Assembly: GCA_963839295.1 (NCBI GenBank) | Contig: CAWIUK010000002.1 | Coordinates: 186,330-250,329, forward strand | Length of the DNA stretch: 64,000 nt | Direction: 5' to 3' | From: an uncultured Acidobacteriota bacterium | GTDB taxonomy: Bacteria; Acidobacteriota; Thermoanaerobaculia; UBA5066 | Shown: positions 28,643 to 41,108 of the stretch, one piece after another | How positions within the stretch are numbered: the stretch's first letter is position 1 | Layout of the letters: each line of letters starts with the position of its first letter | Notes under the pieces: model-generated | Seen by the model: the letters and a program-made list of their open reading frames with translations, nothing else | What the model was told of the DNA's origin: nothing | Databases searched by the model: none | Translations under genes and position numbers: made by a program

Positions 28643-28976
28643 TGACTGGTCCTCCATCGGCGCGCGCGCCGCCTGTGGAATATGGCCGCGAACACCCGCG
28701 GAAGTCAAACGGGCGAGAGGGGTTGCGTATTCCCACAGCCCGTGAAAAACCCCACCATCTAGTGGCCTCTTCGTGTAAAAACACTATCCCTTGCGTTTTC
28801 CCCTTGAAATTCGATCTCAGCGGCACTACCTTGTTCGACAGACCTGACAACGACCCGGCGATCGCGAACAGTCGTCTTCCCCGGTCAGACGAAGGGCCAG
28901 AGGTGCCGCCGGGTGGCGGCAAAAAGAGGACAAACCGCTCACGTCCGAGGAAAGTGAGAGGAAGGCGTTTCCGTCC

Positions 28977-31916
<2,940 letters not shown>

Positions 31917-31958
31917 TGTGAGGCGCGGCGCGCCCGTGGTGCGAGACTGAGCGCACGC

Positions 31959-33713
31959 ATGGTGCGGCGCGCGTTCGGCGCCTTCGGCGCGGTGCAGACG
32001 TTCTTCTGGCTCGCGCGCCGGGACCGGTTCGAAGTCCTTTTCTGGTTCACGGGGGAGTCGTGGCTCTACGTCCTGCTCCTCTGGCTGAAGGACCTCGCGC
32101 TCGCGGCCGCCGCGGGCTGGATCGCGGCGAGGCTCCTGGCGCTCGTCACGGAAGCGGCCGCGCGCGAGGAGCGTGAGCCCTCTCCGCCGCTCCGGCCGCT
32201 CGCCGAGGCGGCGTGGGTCGTCCCGGCCCTCGCGCTCGGCGTCGTCCTGCGATGGGTCTTTGCGGCGTGGAACCCGCCGGGGCTCTGGGTCGACGTCGTC
32301 TACGCGGCGCGGCCGCTCTTCGGCGGCGCTCCTCCGCCGCTGTGGGGCGCCTCGCCGTTCGGGGAGAACCCGGCGAGTTCCGAGGTCGTGTCCAACCTGT
32401 ACGTCGGATTCGTGCGCGGCGTCTTCGCGCTCTTCGGGAGCGGCGAGACGGGCTTTTTCGCGATCTCCGCCCTGCCGGGCAGCCTCGCGGTCCCGGCCGC
32501 CTGGTGGCTCGCGCGAGAAGCGTCCGGCCCGCGGACCGCGGCCGTCGCGGCCGTGCTCGGCGCGCTGCTCGGGTGGCCTCTTCTCCTGTCGCGCTGGTCG
32601 TCGACGGCGGCGCTGCTCCTCGTCCTCGTCCTCGTGGGAGCCGCGGCGACGCTGCGCGCCCGTCGCACCGGAAGCCTCGCGCTCGCCGCGCTCGCCGGAG
32701 CGTGCGTCGGCCTCTCGCTCCACACCCACGCGTCCGCCGGCGCGGTCGCGGCGGGTTTCGCCGCGTTCGCTCTTCTGGAAATGCGGCGCGCCCCGTCCCG
32801 GCGGCTCGTCCTCGCGGCTGCGGCGGCCGCGGCGCTGGCGTTCGCGCCGCTCGCCTGGGCGTTCACGGCGGGCGACAGCCGCCTCGGAGGGCACCTGCGC
32901 GACGTCCACGTCGGGACGCCCGTGAAAGGCGTGGACGCGCCGCACGCCCCCGGCGTTCTCCGCCTGCCCGCGGATCTCGCCGCGAACGCGCTCGAGTACA
33001 CGGGCGTCCTTCTCTGGACGCGCGACCCGAACCTGCGTCACGCGGGGGGGCGGGGCGTCATGACGCCGCTCGTCGGCGCCGCCGCGCTCCTGGGGTTCGG
33101 CCTCGCGGCCTCGCGGCGGCGGCCCGCGGACGTTTTCCTCCTGCTCCTGGCGGGCGGAAGTCTCCTCGCGGGCATCCTGTCGAACCCCGGCGGCTCGCCG
33201 AACACGCTGCGCGTGGCGGCGCTCGCCGTCCCGGCAGCGCTCTTCGCGGCCGCCGTCCTCGACGCCGCGATCGCCGCCGCCGCCCGCGCCGGCGCGGCCT
33301 CGCGGGCCGTCCTCGTCGCGGGCCTCGCGGCGGCCCTGTTCGCCGCGGAGTCGCTGCCCGTCCTCGTGGATCTCCCCGGCGCGAGCGCACGATTCTGCGG
33401 CGCGGAGACCGACGCGGGCCGGCTCCTCGGGCGTCTCGCGGAGGCGCCCGTCGTCGAGGAGACCGGAGCGTTTCTCCACCCGGTCGTCGTCGAGGCGGTC
33501 GCGCACGGGGCGGACCGCGGCCTCCCGCTGACCTCTTTCGCGAGGAAAACGCCCGCCGGGATTCTCGCGTCGAGGCCCCCGGGCTCCTTCTGGGTGCTCG
33601 CGTCGCGCCGCGGCCTCGCGACGCTCGCGGCGGGCGGCCTCAGGTGCGGGCGCGGAATCGAGCCGGGTGGAGGCGCCGGCGTTCTCCTCGCGCGGGTGAA
33701 GCCGCGCGGTTGA
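31959..33713 (+). CDS. Polytopic membrane protein, possibly a GT-C-type glycosyltransferase
   Basis: More than 10 hydrophobic helices and a soluble C-terminal region. The family assignment is weak. Confidence 0.5.
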   Translation: MVRRAFGAFGAVQTFFWLARRDRFEVLFWFTGESWLYVLLLWLKDLALAAAAGWIAARLLALVTEAAAREEREPSPPLRPLAEAAWVVPALALGVVLRWVFAAWNPPGLWVDVVYAARPLFGGAPPPLWGASPFGENPASSEVVSNLYVGFVRGVFALFGSGETGFFAISALPGSLAVPAAWWLAREASGPRTAAVAAVLGALLGWPLLLSRWSSTAALLLVLVLVGAAATLRARRTGSLALAALAGACVGLSLHTHASAGAVAAGFAAFALLEMRRAPSRRLVLAAAAAAALAFAPLAWAFTAGDSRLGGHLRDVHVGTPVKGVDAPHAPGVLRLPADLAANALEYTGVLLWTRDPNLRHAGGRGVMTPLVGAAALLGFGLAASRRRPADVFLLLLAGGSLLAGILSNPGGSPNTLRVAALAVPAALFAAAVLDAAIAAAARAGAASRAVLVAGLAAALFAAESLPVLVDLPGASARFCGAETDAGRLLGRLAEAPVVEETGAFLHPVVVEAVAHGADRGLPLTSFARKTPAGILASRPPGSFWVLASRRGLATLAAGGLRCGRGIEPGGGAGVLLARVKPRG

Positions 33714-33719
33714 CCGCAC

Positions 33720-33748
33720 GGGGGCGGGCCGCGGAACGGCCCGCCCCC
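33720..33748. terminator. GC-rich hairpin between convergent genes (no T-run)
   Basis: GGGGGCGGGCCG-CGGAA-CGGCCCGCCCCC, a perfect 12-bp stem between stops 33713 (+) and 33763 (-). Confidence 0.5.
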
Positions 33749-33762
33749 GGAGGACGCGAGGC

Positions 33763-34710
33763 TCAGCGGATCGGGACGGGCGTCGGCGTCGGCGCCACGA
33801 CCCGGCCGGGCGGGCCCGGGACCACGTGCGGAGCGAGCGGCGGCTTGCCGGGCGCCGGGCAGTTCTGGGGCGCGCCCATCTCGATGACCTTCATCCCGTT
33901 CCACGTCGCGGGGCCCGGGCCGGCGTTGTTCCCGTAGTCGGACTCGTCGACGGCCTTGTTGTCGTTCACGCTCGCGCGGAACGGGTGCGGCGCGCCGGAC
34001 GTCATGTGCGCGGGGTTCGCGGCGTAGTAGGTGACGTCCACCGGGACGTTCCGGGTCTCGCCGGGGTTCATCGGCGGGTTGATCCCGACGCCCGTCCCGA
34101 AGTCGTCGGGGTTCGGGAGGTGCATGTCCTTGACGACGACGGCGGGCTGCTTGCCGGCGGGCCACGTGGCGGCGCCCTGGTTTTTCACGCCGACGGAGAA
34201 GCGGTAGACCATCTGCCCCGGCGCGCAGGTCCCCCACTTCTCGAGGCCGAAACTCGTGATCACGAGGTCCGGCTTGGCAGCGCCCGCGGCGGTCGCGGGG
34301 CACGTGAACGTGAGCGAGACGTTCTCGCCCGAGCGCGCCGAGAGGATCTCCTTCTGGTTCGAGTCCCACATCCGGAGGACGACCTCGTGGACGGTCTGCG
34401 TCGCCGGGGTCGCCGGCGAGCAGAGCGCCGAGAAGCGCACCTTCACGACGCCGACGCCCTTCGTGATCGTCTCCGGTTTCGCGACGTACGGGACGCCCGT
34501 CATCGACAGGGTCACCTGCGCGGTGTCGTGGGCGTCGAGGGTGTAGCCCATCGTCGCCTCGAGGGAGTTTCCCGCGTTCAGCGGGGTGTTCGGGAAGGCG
34601 CCGGGGGAGGCGCTCCCCGAGAGGTTGAAGTTGTTGAAGTGGTCGAAGGCGGCCGCGGGCGAGGCGAGGGCGACGCACACGGCGGCGAGGACGAGAGCGG
34701 CACGTTTCAC
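33763..34710 (-). CDS. Secreted CARDB-like domain protein
   Basis: Signal peptide MKRAALVLAAVCVALASPAAA. PDLVITSF..VGVKNQGAA..VDESDYGNN is CARDB-like. Confidence 0.65.
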   Translation of the reverse strand: MKRAALVLAAVCVALASPAAAFDHFNNFNLSGSASPGAFPNTPLNAGNSLEATMGYTLDAHDTAQVTLSMTGVPYVAKPETITKGVGVVKVRFSALCSPATPATQTVHEVVLRMWDSNQKEILSARSGENVSLTFTCPATAAGAAKPDLVITSFGLEKWGTCAPGQMVYRFSVGVKNQGAATWPAGKQPAVVVKDMHLPNPDDFGTGVGINPPMNPGETRNVPVDVTYYAANPAHMTSGAPHPFRASVNDNKAVDESDYGNNAGPGPATWNGMKVIEMGAPQNCPAPGKPPLAPHVVPGPPGRVVAPTPTPVPIR

Positions 34711-34893
34711 GGGTTCCTCCTGTCGTGGGGGAATCTAGACCGGGTACGCCCCGCCGCAAGGGCTCCGCATGGCCCGAAAGCGCCAGAAAGGGGCCGGGCG
34801 GCGTCACGGCGCGCCCGGAAGGCCTTCCGGCGCCGCCGAATGGTTCAAATGAGGGATAGACGGGCTGTGCAGCGACCTTGACATTGACGGTGG

Positions 34894-36531
34894 ATGACTC
34901 TGTCCCGGATCCCCTTCCACCGGCGGCTCGGGTTCAAGATCACCGCAACCGCGGCCGCGGCGATCCTCGTGCCCGTCGCGATCGTCGCGGCCGTGACGAT
35001 CCGCGCCCAGCACGAAGAGCTCGTCGCGCGGGCCCAGGGGAGCGCCGCGATCCTGTCCGAGACCGTCCGGAGCGCGACGCACGACTTCATGCTCAAGGAC
35101 CAGCGGGAGGACGCGTACCGGATCGTCGAGATCGTCGGGCACGAGAGCCTCCGCAAGGACAGCTCGATCGAGAGCGTGCGGATCTTCAACAAGCAGGGCG
35201 CGACGGTGTACTCGACGGACCGTTCGGAGATCGGGCGCGTCGCCGACAAGCGCGCGGACGTCTGCGCGCCGTGTCACGGCGGGGCGGGCGCGCCCGTCAC
35301 GAACCCGGACCCGGAGACGCGCAGCCGGATCACGACGTCGGGCGGCCACCGGATCCTCTCGTTCGTGACGCCGATCTACAACGAAGCCGACTGCGCCTCC
35401 TCCGGGTGCCACGCCTCCCCGAAGGACCAGCGCGTCCTCGGCCTCCTCGACGTCGCGCTCTCCCTCAAGGAGGTCGACGACCGCCGCGCCGCCGCGACCT
35501 GGCGGATCGTGGGCCTCTCGCTCCTCGCGCTCGTCGTCCTCACGGCGCTCGTGACCGCGATCGTCCGCGTGCTCGTGCTCCGCCCCGTCTCGGACATGCT
35601 CGCGGCGACCCGGGACCTCGCCCACGGCGGCACGCCCGGACCCCTCAGGGTCCGCTCGCACGACGAGCTCGGAATGCTCGCGGGCTCGTTCAACGAGATG
35701 AGCGCCTACCTGAGGTACGCGCGCGACCGCCTCGAGGCGGCGGCGGGCGACCTCGAGCGCCAGGTCGAGGAGCGGACGGCGGCCCTCCGGCAGGCGCAGG
35801 ACGCGCTCGCCCAGAGCGAGAAACTCGCCTCGCTCGGGACGCTCTCCGCCTCGATCGCGCACGAGATCAACAACCCGCTCGCCGGGATCCTCACGTTCGC
35901 GCGCCTCATGTCGCGCACGCTCGAGTCCGGCGAGGTCGACGACGCCGCGCGCGCCGCGTGCCTGAAGAACCTCGGCCTCATCCAGCGCGAGACCGAGCGC
36001 TGCACGCGGATCGTGCGGAGCCTCCTCGACTTCGCGCGCGCACGGCCGATCGAGCTCAACGACGTGGACGCGACGTCCGCGCTCGACGAGGCGGTCTCCC
36101 TGACGCAGCACAAGCTCCAGCTGCAGCAGGTTGTCGTGGCGAAGAACGTCGACGGTCCGGCCGTCGTCCGGGGGGACTACGGCCAGCTCCGCCAGGTCTT
36201 CGTGAACCTGATCCTGAACGCGTGCGACGCGATGCCGAAGGGCGGGACGCTCTCCGTCACGTCCCGGAAGGTCGACTCCGGACGCGCCGTCGAGATCGAG
36301 TTCGCGGACACGGGCACGGGCATCGCGCCCGAGCACCTCTCGCGCATTTTCGACCCCTTCTTCACGACGAAAGAGATGGGAACGGGCCTCGGGCTCTCCG
36401 TCGTCTACGGCGTCGTCGAGAAGCACGGCGGGTCCATGAAGGCGCAGAGCCGCCTCGGCGAAGGGACCACGATGACGGTGCGGCTGCCGCTCGCCGGGGA
36501 GGCGGCGGCGCCGGCGGGCGCCGCCGCGTGA
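34894..36531 (+). CDS. Sensor histidine kinase (HAMP-HisKA-HATPase) with two c-type heme motifs in the periplasmic loop
   Basis: TM1 around residues 15-37 and TM2 around 202-228. CAPCH (residues 124-128) and CASSGCH (167-173) lie between them. H-box SIAHEINNPLAG, N-box NLILNACDAM, G-boxes DTGTGI and GTGLGLS. Confidence 0.9.
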   Translation: MTLSRIPFHRRLGFKITATAAAAILVPVAIVAAVTIRAQHEELVARAQGSAAILSETVRSATHDFMLKDQREDAYRIVEIVGHESLRKDSSIESVRIFNKQGATVYSTDRSEIGRVADKRADVCAPCHGGAGAPVTNPDPETRSRITTSGGHRILSFVTPIYNEADCASSGCHASPKDQRVLGLLDVALSLKEVDDRRAAATWRIVGLSLLALVVLTALVTAIVRVLVLRPVSDMLAATRDLAHGGTPGPLRVRSHDELGMLAGSFNEMSAYLRYARDRLEAAAGDLERQVEERTAALRQAQDALAQSEKLASLGTLSASIAHEINNPLAGILTFARLMSRTLESGEVDDAARAACLKNLGLIQRETERCTRIVRSLLDFARARPIELNDVDATSALDEAVSLTQHKLQLQQVVVAKNVDGPAVVRGDYGQLRQVFVNLILNACDAMPKGGTLSVTSRKVDSGRAVEIEFADTGTGIAPEHLSRIFDPFFTTKEMGTGLGLSVVYGVVEKHGGSMKAQSRLGEGTTMTVRLPLAGEAAAPAGAAA

Positions 36532-37071
36532 ACGAGGTCCTCCTCCTGTGGATCGGGCAGAAGGAACCCGCCCCGGACCTCCTCGACGGCGTCCACCGGA
36601 GCGTCGCGCGCGAGTTCGAGGTGCCCGTGCGCCTGCGCGTCTCGCCGGACCGGCCCGGGGACGCCTTCGACCCGCGCCGGGGGCAGCACTCCTCCACGCG
36701 GATCCTCGCGTGGCTGAAGGACCGGCACGACGGGGCGCGCCGGGTCCTCGGCGTCACGGACGCCGACCTGTTCATCCCGATCCTGACCTTCGTGTTCGGC
36801 GAGGCGCAGCTCGGCGGCCGCGCGGCCGTCGTCTCGACGGCCCGCCTCGGCGACACGCCGCTGATCCCCGGCGAGGCGGCGCGCATCGCCCTGCGCCTCC
36901 AGAAGGAAGCCGTTCACGAGCTCGGACACACCTTCGGCCTCCTGCACTGCGCCGACGCGCGCTGCGCGATGGCGCGCTCGCCCAGCCTGAGGCACGTCGA
37001 CGCGAAGTCCCCCGCCCTCTGCCGCACCTGCCGCGCGCGAACCCGCGAACTCTCGGAAAACGGAGACGTCC

Positions 37072-38466
<1,395 letters not shown>

Positions 38467-38492
38467 GAATCACAACCCCCCGTTGAGAAAGC

Positions 38493-38517
38493 GAACGCGC
38501 GGGCCTCCCGCGCGTTC
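38493..38517 (+). promoter_or_regulatory. 11-bp perfect inverted repeat: terminator-like hairpin and/or enhancer (UAS) site
   Basis: GAACGCGCGGG-CCT-CCCGCGCGTTC, 27 nt after the regulator stop. Its centre is about 83 bp upstream of the -24 GG. Confidence 0.45.
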
Positions 38518-38586
38518 CTCCGCTTTTCCGGGGCAATCTGCTGTGGCCGCACGTGTTGCGGGCCGTGCGGGCCGCCGCGCGAACGG

Positions 38587-38602
38587 TGGCCCGGTCCGTG
38601 CA
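38587..38602 (+). promoter_or_regulatory. Sigma-54 (-24/-12) promoter
   Basis: TGGCCCGGTCCGTGCA compared with consensus TGGCACG-N4-TTGCW. The GG and GC dinucleotides have the correct spacing. Located directly downstream of a sigma-54 activator gene. Confidence 0.55.
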
Positions 38603-38616
38603 ACCCCTTCGTCGCC

Positions 38617-38874
38617 ATGTTGAACGACACCACGACCGCCTGCCCCTGGCTGAAGCAAGTGGTGATGCTCTATTGCGACGCCTGCCCGACCAAGAAGATG
38701 GTCCCGAAAGACCAGCTCGTGTCGCAGGGTCCGTGCCTCACGGGTTCCTTTGCGGAGTGCGCCATGTACCGCGAGATGGTCAAGAGGATCGAGGCAGGCG
38801 CCGCCGCCGCTGATGTTGCCGTTGACACGGAGGCGAGCCGCAAGGCCGCTTCCGGGAGGGAGGTCCCGTCATGA
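38617..38874 (+). CDS. Small cytoplasmic Cys-rich protein of unknown function
   Basis: 85 aa. Cys at positions 9, 20, 23, 40 and 48 (CPW..YCDAC..PC..EC). No signal peptide. First gene after the -24/-12 element, with no SD. Confidence 0.6.
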   Translation: MLNDTTTACPWLKQVVMLYCDACPTKKMVPKDQLVSQGPCLTGSFAECAMYREMVKRIEAGAAAADVAVDTEASRKAASGREVPS

Positions 38875-38954
38875 TCGCCACCGTCCCGCTCGCCGTCCTC
38901 GCCGTCCTGACTCTTCTTGCGATGGCCCATCACAGCCGGGTCCGCCCCGCGTAA
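38871..38954 (+). CDS. 27-aa single-TM micro-ORF (MIATVPLAVLAVLTLLAMAHHSRVRPA)
   Basis: ATGA overlap with the upstream stop. GGGAGGGAGG ends 5 nt upstream of the ATG. Mostly G/C third positions. Its TAA lies inside the next gene's AAGGAG. Confidence 0.4.
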   Translation: MIATVPLAVLAVLTLLAMAHHSRVRPA

Positions 38955-38967
38955 GGAGAGAGTGACG

Positions 38968-39873
38968 ATGAACCTGAACCGCCGCAACCTGTTCCAGATC
39001 GCCGGCGCCGCGGGCGCGGCCACGATCGCGGGCCGCGCCCTCTCGTCGGCGACGACGCGCAGCGCCGCCAAAGACGCCGTCGGCGTCCTCGTGGACACGA
39101 CGCGCTGCGTCGGCTGCCGCGCCTGCGAAGCCGCGTGCTCCGAGGCGAATGGCCTCGCCGGGCCCGAGAAGCCGGGCGACGACACCGTGTTCGCGTCGCG
39201 CCGCCGGACCTCCCCCACGAGCTTCACGGTCGTGAACAAGTCGGCCGAGAAGAGCCCGAGCGGCGAGGACCGTTACGCGAAGACGCAGTGCATGCACTGC
39301 GTGACCCCCGCGTGCGCGTCCGGCTGCGTCGTCAAGGCGCTCGAGAAGACGGCCGCCGGGCCGGTCGTGTACCACGAGGACCGTTGCCTCGGCTGCCGCT
39401 ACTGCATGATCGCGTGCCCCTTCGGCGTTCCGAAGTACGAGTACACGAAGGCGGCCCCCCTCGTGCGCAAATGCACGTTCTGCGCGGCGCGCCAGGAAAA
39501 GGGCCTGCCGCCCGCCTGCACCGACGCGTGCCCCTCGGGCGCGCTCACGTTCGGAAAGCGGGCCGACCTCCTCGAGGAGGCCAGGACCCGCATTTACCAG
39601 AACCCCGGCAAGTACGTCCACGAGATCTACGGAGAGGACGAAGCCGGCGGCACGAGCTGGCTGTACATCTCGGACGTCTCCGCGGCGAGCCTCAACCTCC
39701 CGCAGGACATCGTGAAGAAACCCTACCCCGAGATGGCGGACGGCGCGCTCTCGGCCGTCCCGTTCATCGTGACCTTGTGGCCGCCCCTCCTCATGGGCCT
39801 CTACACCTTCAGCAAGCGCCGCGACGACGTCGCCGGACGCGAAAACGGACAGAAGGGAGCCGGCCATGAGTGA
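38968..39873 (+). CDS. Tat-exported 4x[4Fe-4S] ferredoxin-type subunit (HybA/DsrO/NrfC-like) with C-terminal TM anchor
   Basis: Trimmed to ATG 38968 (AAGGAGAG upstream). NRRNLFQIAG twin-arginine signal. CVGCRACEAAC, CMHCVTPACASGC, CLGCRYCMIACP and CTFC..CTDACP clusters. C-terminal AVPFIVTLWPPLLMGLYTF. Confidence 0.88.
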   Translation: MNLNRRNLFQIAGAAGAATIAGRALSSATTRSAAKDAVGVLVDTTRCVGCRACEAACSEANGLAGPEKPGDDTVFASRRRTSPTSFTVVNKSAEKSPSGEDRYAKTQCMHCVTPACASGCVVKALEKTAAGPVVYHEDRCLGCRYCMIACPFGVPKYEYTKAAPLVRKCTFCAARQEKGLPPACTDACPSGALTFGKRADLLEEARTRIYQNPGKYVHEIYGEDEAGGTSWLYISDVSAASLNLPQDIVKKPYPEMADGALSAVPFIVTLWPPLLMGLYTFSKRRDDVAGRENGQKGAGHE

Positions 39874-41089
39874 GACCTTCGACCGCGTCGCGGTTTCGAC
39901 CCTCGTTCGCGAAAAGGTCCTCCTCGGGATGGAACCGAAGGCATACGCGAAGAGCCTGCTGACGAAGACGAACGCGATCTTCGCGGCGATCCTCCTCGTC
40001 GGCCTCCCGACGATCGCCTACCGGTTCTGGAAGGGCATGGGCGCGGTGAGCAACCTCTCCCAGACGAACCCGTGGGGCCTCTGGGTCGCGTTCGACGTCG
40101 TCTGCGGCGTCGCGCTGGCCGCCGGCGGCTACACGGTGGCCGCGGCCGTCTACCTGTTCGGTCAGAAGCAGTTCGCCCCGGTCCTGAGGCCCGCGATCCT
40201 CACCGGCTTCCTCGGCTACCTCTTCGTCCTCGTCGGCCTCGTCGTCGACCTCGGCCAGCCCTGGCGGCTCCCCTACCAGTTCTTCCTCACGCCCGGGACG
40301 ACCGCCGTCATGTACGAGGTCGGCTGGTGCGTGTTCCTGTACCTGATGGTCCTCGCCCTCGAGTTCCTCCCGGCGGCGCTCGAGTGGCTCGGGATGACGA
40401 AGGTCCGGCGTTTCATGAGCGCGATCTCGATCGCGATCATCGTCCTCGGCGTCACGCTCTCGACCCTCCACCAGTCCTCGCTCGGCGCCTTCTTCCTCAT
40501 GTCGCCCGGCAAGCTCCACCCCCTGTGGTACTCGCCGTTCCTCCCGATCTTCTTCTTCGTGTCGTCGATCGCGGCGGGCATCGGCATGGTCATCTTCGAG
40601 AGCTCGGTCTCGCACCGGGCGTTCCAGGACCAGCTCGACCCCGAAGCGCACGTCGACATGGACGCCCTCCAGCTCGGGCTCGCCAAGGGCGGCGCGGTCG
40701 TCCTCTTCGCCTACTTCTTCGTCCGCCTCCAGGGCCTCGTCGCGAGCGGCCGGTGGGACCTCCTCCTGACCGGCTGGGGCGCGTGGTACGCCCTCGAGAT
40801 GCTCGGCTTCGTCCTGCTGCCGTCGCTCCTCTTCGCCTTCGCGGTGAGGACGCAGAGCGCGCGGCTCGCGCGCGCCGCCGGCGTCATGACGGTCCTCGGC
40901 GTCGTCCTCAACCGCTTCAACGTCGCGCTGATCGCGTTCAACTGGAACGTGCCCGACCGGTACGTTCCCGCGCTCGGCGAGATCGTCATCTCGGTCACGA
41001 TCGTCACGCTCGGCGTCCTCGTGTTCCGCTGGATCGTCAACCGCATGCCGGTGCTCCACGAGCATCCGGAATGGCGCGGCGTCCACTGA
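39866..41089 (+). CDS. NrfD/PsrC-family (HybB/DsrP-like) quinone-interacting membrane subunit
   Basis: 407 aa, about 10 TM helices. NPWGLWVAFDVVCGVALAAGGY motif. 8-nt overlap with the upstream gene. Confidence 0.88.
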   Translation: MSETFDRVAVSTLVREKVLLGMEPKAYAKSLLTKTNAIFAAILLVGLPTIAYRFWKGMGAVSNLSQTNPWGLWVAFDVVCGVALAAGGYTVAAAVYLFGQKQFAPVLRPAILTGFLGYLFVLVGLVVDLGQPWRLPYQFFLTPGTTAVMYEVGWCVFLYLMVLALEFLPAALEWLGMTKVRRFMSAISIAIIVLGVTLSTLHQSSLGAFFLMSPGKLHPLWYSPFLPIFFFVSSIAAGIGMVIFESSVSHRAFQDQLDPEAHVDMDALQLGLAKGGAVVLFAYFFVRLQGLVASGRWDLLLTGWGAWYALEMLGFVLLPSLLFAFAVRTQSARLARAAGVMTVLGVVLNRFNVALIAFNWNVPDRYVPALGEIVISVTIVTLGVLVFRWIVNRMPVLHEHPEWRGVH

Positions 41090-41108
41090 AAGAGGAGAGA
41101 GGAAACTC

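Noticed and set aside
28643-28976. Cobalamin riboswitch in the nrdJ leader
   Set aside because: I could not find a B12-box-like core (the AGYCMGGAGACCKGCC type) or the conserved GGGAA/GGTG..TCC elements. In addition, B12 riboswitches normally repress B12-independent isozymes, not the B12-dependent NrdJ.
38544-38560. Second sigma-54-like element TGGCCGCACGTGTTGCG
   Set aside because: The GG-to-GC spacing is one nucleotide longer than canonical. The element at 38587-38602 fits exactly, so I kept only that one.
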